Shown: positions 61,019 through 64,000 of the stretch, in pieces | Position numbering within the stretch: position 1 is the stretch's first letter | How the letters are laid out: every line of letters starts with the position of its first letter | Origin: Azolla caroliniana | Taxonomy: Eukaryota > Plantae > Polypodiophyta | Direction of reading: 5' to 3' | NCBI GenBank assembly: GCA_043228905.1 | Contig: JBHGNT010000012.1 | Span: forward strand, 7,936,001 to 8,000,000 | DNA: 64,000 nt | Made by a program: the position numbers and the translations under genes | Notes under the pieces: generated by a model | The model's database searches: none | The model's input: only the letters and a program-made list of their open reading frames with translations | Told to the model about the DNA's origin: nothing

Positions 61019-61151
61019 ATGTCTGATCAACCTCAACTATCAAATCCATTGGCATTCGTGGATGAAAAAATTAGACACCTCAATGAAAGATTGCTAGAAG
61101 CTAATGACTTGATAAAGCAGCATGTGAAAGTGGCAGAAGAAGCAGTTGCTG
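61019..61151 (+). CDS. FPP: Filament-like plant protein (FPP/DUF869), coding exon; upstream exons possible
   Basis: LIKQHVKVAEEAVAG FPP signature, followed by donor G|GTAAG at 61151/61152. Confidence 0.85.
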
Positions 61152-61470
61152 GTAAGAAAATGGTTGTTCATTTCCATTGTTGTTGTCAAATATATGTAAT
61201 GCCTACATGCATGGTTTGGTGGAGTAAATATTCACATTTCATATGTTTCAAGTAAATTGGTAGCTCTATAATGTGGAAAATGAGTTCCCTAGGAGATCTT
61301 AAATAGGAGACTATGAGAAACATGCTAGCTATGTTCATTTTACTATTTGAGGAAAATTGTCATGGTTTGTTAGAGGGTTACAATACTTTCACAAGGCTAG
61401 GGTACCATCTAAGCAGGCTTAGATAATATATATAAACATTGATTTGATAACATCAATCCTCCATTTTCAG

Positions 61471-63706
61471 GCTGGGAAAAGGCAAAGTCGGATTATGTAT
61501 GCATAAGCCATCAATTGGATGTTGTACTCAAGGAAAAAAAAGCTTCTGATGACATTGTTTCTCACTTAGATGCAATGTTGAAAGAGTGTTTGCAAGACCT
61601 ACGACATTTACAAAACAAACATGAACAAAACCTCAACGAGAGAACCCGAGATTCGGAAAACGTAAGGTTGGAGCTTGAGGAGAAATTGGCCTACGCCAAT
61701 CGAGAGCTAGCAGGGTTCGGGTATGAAAATGCACGTCTAAGGGCCATGGTTCAAGAACAAGATGATACCATTTTGAAGCTCCAAAAATCTTGTTCACAAG
61801 CTGAGGCGGGGGTCGAAAAGATGCGAGTGTGTATTGAAACGATCGAGAAACAAAACTCATCACTCAAATATGAGGTGATTATGTTGAACAAGGAAGTTGG
61901 CATACACATTCACGAAAGAGAAATCAATAGAAGGTCTATCGAAGCGGCTAATAGACAACACTTGGAAGATATTAAAAAGATCAATAGATTAGAAGCTGAG
62001 TGCCAAAAGCTACGAGGTAATGCCCAAAAGAAGATTTTGAGTCCCGAGTCTATAACCATGAAACTACGAGATAATAATTTAGATGGAGAAAAAAGTGAGT
62101 TTTGTCTAAGTAACAATATTCAACAAACCCATAGCCCTCAAGGACTTGGTTCACTAGAGTCTATACAACCGGAGTCATTAGTCAAGACCCGAATGCTTTT
62201 TTCCTCGCAACATTTTCCTGACATGGAGAACGAAGAAACATTGGGCAACAAAACCAATGAGCTTCAAGAAGCGAACCTTGCATTTGCTCATACAACGAAC
62301 AAGCTAACGGCGTTGGAGAGGTGTGTTCACACCTCGTTGAGGCGAGTGCAACCATTGTCGATCAATCATGTTATTGATGATTCCGATTTTCCTAGTGTTC
62401 TCGGCAATCCAAACAAAGAATCAAGCCAAGTTTCAATTCTAGAGAATAACAGTCATCATGAGGAGAGCACCAATGTGGCTGATTCATGGGCATCAATGAG
62501 GTATCTAAAAGATTTCAACAAATTGTCATCGGATTCGCCAAAGGCATCGGGATTCTTCGACTCGGTTGATGATTTCATCGAGATGGAGCGTTGGGCGACT
62601 TTCTCGTCTGAGGTTCAAGAGGGACGGCATGAAGACCATTCTTTTCAACACATTACAAGTGTCATGGATGAGCTCCGAGATCATGTTTTTGAGCTTTCTA
62701 AAGCCATAACTCCAAGGGATACCTTGGGCACATCATTGGTGGAGGAAATGGAAGTGGATCCTCATCAAGGATGCTTGTTGTCTAGAAAAGACAATCCTAG
62801 AGACAAAATATCTGAATCGGGAACACGGCTCAAGTCAGTAGTATGTGGGCTCATTCACTTAGTTGAATGTTTGGCCTTGGAAGTCATGGCTCAATATGAG
62901 GTTGGTGGTACTTTCAAACAAGACCCAAGTACTACAATTAGCCCTAATTGTAGCCCTACCAATGGAGACACTCCCTCGGCCTTCAACCTTGGTTCGAGTA
63001 TGAAGCATTTTATGCTTGTTGCAAACCAATTTCTAGATGGGCAAGTGGAGCTTGAGCAATTCATCGGCGAGCTTTCGTATGCATTAGAGAAAATAAAAAA
63101 GTTTGACTCTAACAAAAACCCAAGTATAATTAAGAAGGTCAAGCAAACACTTGACCAAGATGAATTGAGTGACTTAGATGGCTTGTTTTCAAAATCTAGC
63201 AACTCCGATGGCTTTGAGCATTTTAGAGTTTTGAAATCTTCGGATGAAGTGGTGACTCACTCACTGGAACCTCTGATAAATGATGGAGCTGTAAATCTCG
63301 GAGCCGAAAAGGTCACCTTGGATTCAAAAATGAGAGAAGAATTTAGCACATTGGAGCAAATGTTATTCGAGGCGGAACAAGAGAAAGGGAAGATTCAAAA
63401 CATGTTGGTGCAAGAAAAAGAGAAACTCAAATATTTCACGATTCGCTTATCCGATGCCGAGCAGCTTATCGCGAATCTCCGCATAAAACTCGCATTCGTA
63501 GAGTTTTCAAGAGATGTAGCAAGCAAGAAGCTCACATCTACTACCACAACAAATGCAAAGCTCATTTCTCAGCTCAAGGAATGTCGATCAGAGTCGAACC
63601 TAACCACCGAACGGATGAAATGTTTAGAGGAAACCATAGATATCCAAAGAGCAAGGAACAAGGAGCTCAAACTCAAAGTGGAAGAGTTGCAAGAATCTCT
63701 ACAAAG
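61471..63706 (+). CDS. FPP: Filament-like plant protein (FPP/DUF869), large coding exon; gene continues downstream
   Basis: Acceptor TTTTCAG at 61470 gives in-frame GWEKAK. VSHLDAMLKEC, SLKYEV, QHLEDIKKINRLEAECQKLR, DSWAS and DDFIEMER motifs. Donor AG|GTATGT at 63706/63707. Confidence 0.9.
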
Positions 63707-64000
63707 GTATGTGTGGCATAAACCTATAGCTTCTTTCTTTGTGTGCAAATCACCTATATGCTAGGAGCATGTGTATGATTGTAACATTAAGAGCCAATAA
63801 ACTCAATTTCAAAGTTGATGTCTCTAGATGGCGTTGGTTCCCTAAATATAACCATAAAGAGTCAATATTGACCCATCAACTCATGGATGTCCACAAGTCA
63901 CCATGTGAACGTAGACCTAGGGTTTCATTGTATGTTACGGGTTGGTTATCGTTATGTGATATCTCTCTTCTACCATGTAGGGGTGTGACCCCATTGAATA

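Overview
Eukaryotic, non-seed-plant-like nuclear DNA. A fern host is inferred from unedited Ser codons in a plastid rpoC2 insertion. Bases 1-~56.7 kb are a nest of LTR retrotransposons: several Ty1/copia pieces, a Met-primed chromovirus, two self-priming Tf1/Sushi/Tcn1-type chromoviruses, three tRNA-Trp-primed Ty3/gypsy elements (one a very young gag-only element with a 4-bp TSD), three tRNA-Arg-type Athila/Tat-related elements, a solo LTR, a non-autonomous hAT and a plastid fragment. AT-rich spacer follows, then two exons of a filament-like plant protein (FPP) gene. Most striking: the three Arg-type elements have no polypurine tract before the 3' LTR. In its place is a sense copy of a tRNA-Arg 3' end (T-arm, acceptor strand, CCA) with a constant 13-nt insert in the T-loop, suggesting tRNA or tRNA-mimic priming of the second cDNA strand. 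Other points: a staggered-break inversion inside one element, -1 frameshift pseudoknots, and outward-facing Pol III A/B-box cassettes in the LTRs of two unrelated families. All alignments were done by eye and tRNA references are recalled from memory, so they need computational confirmation.
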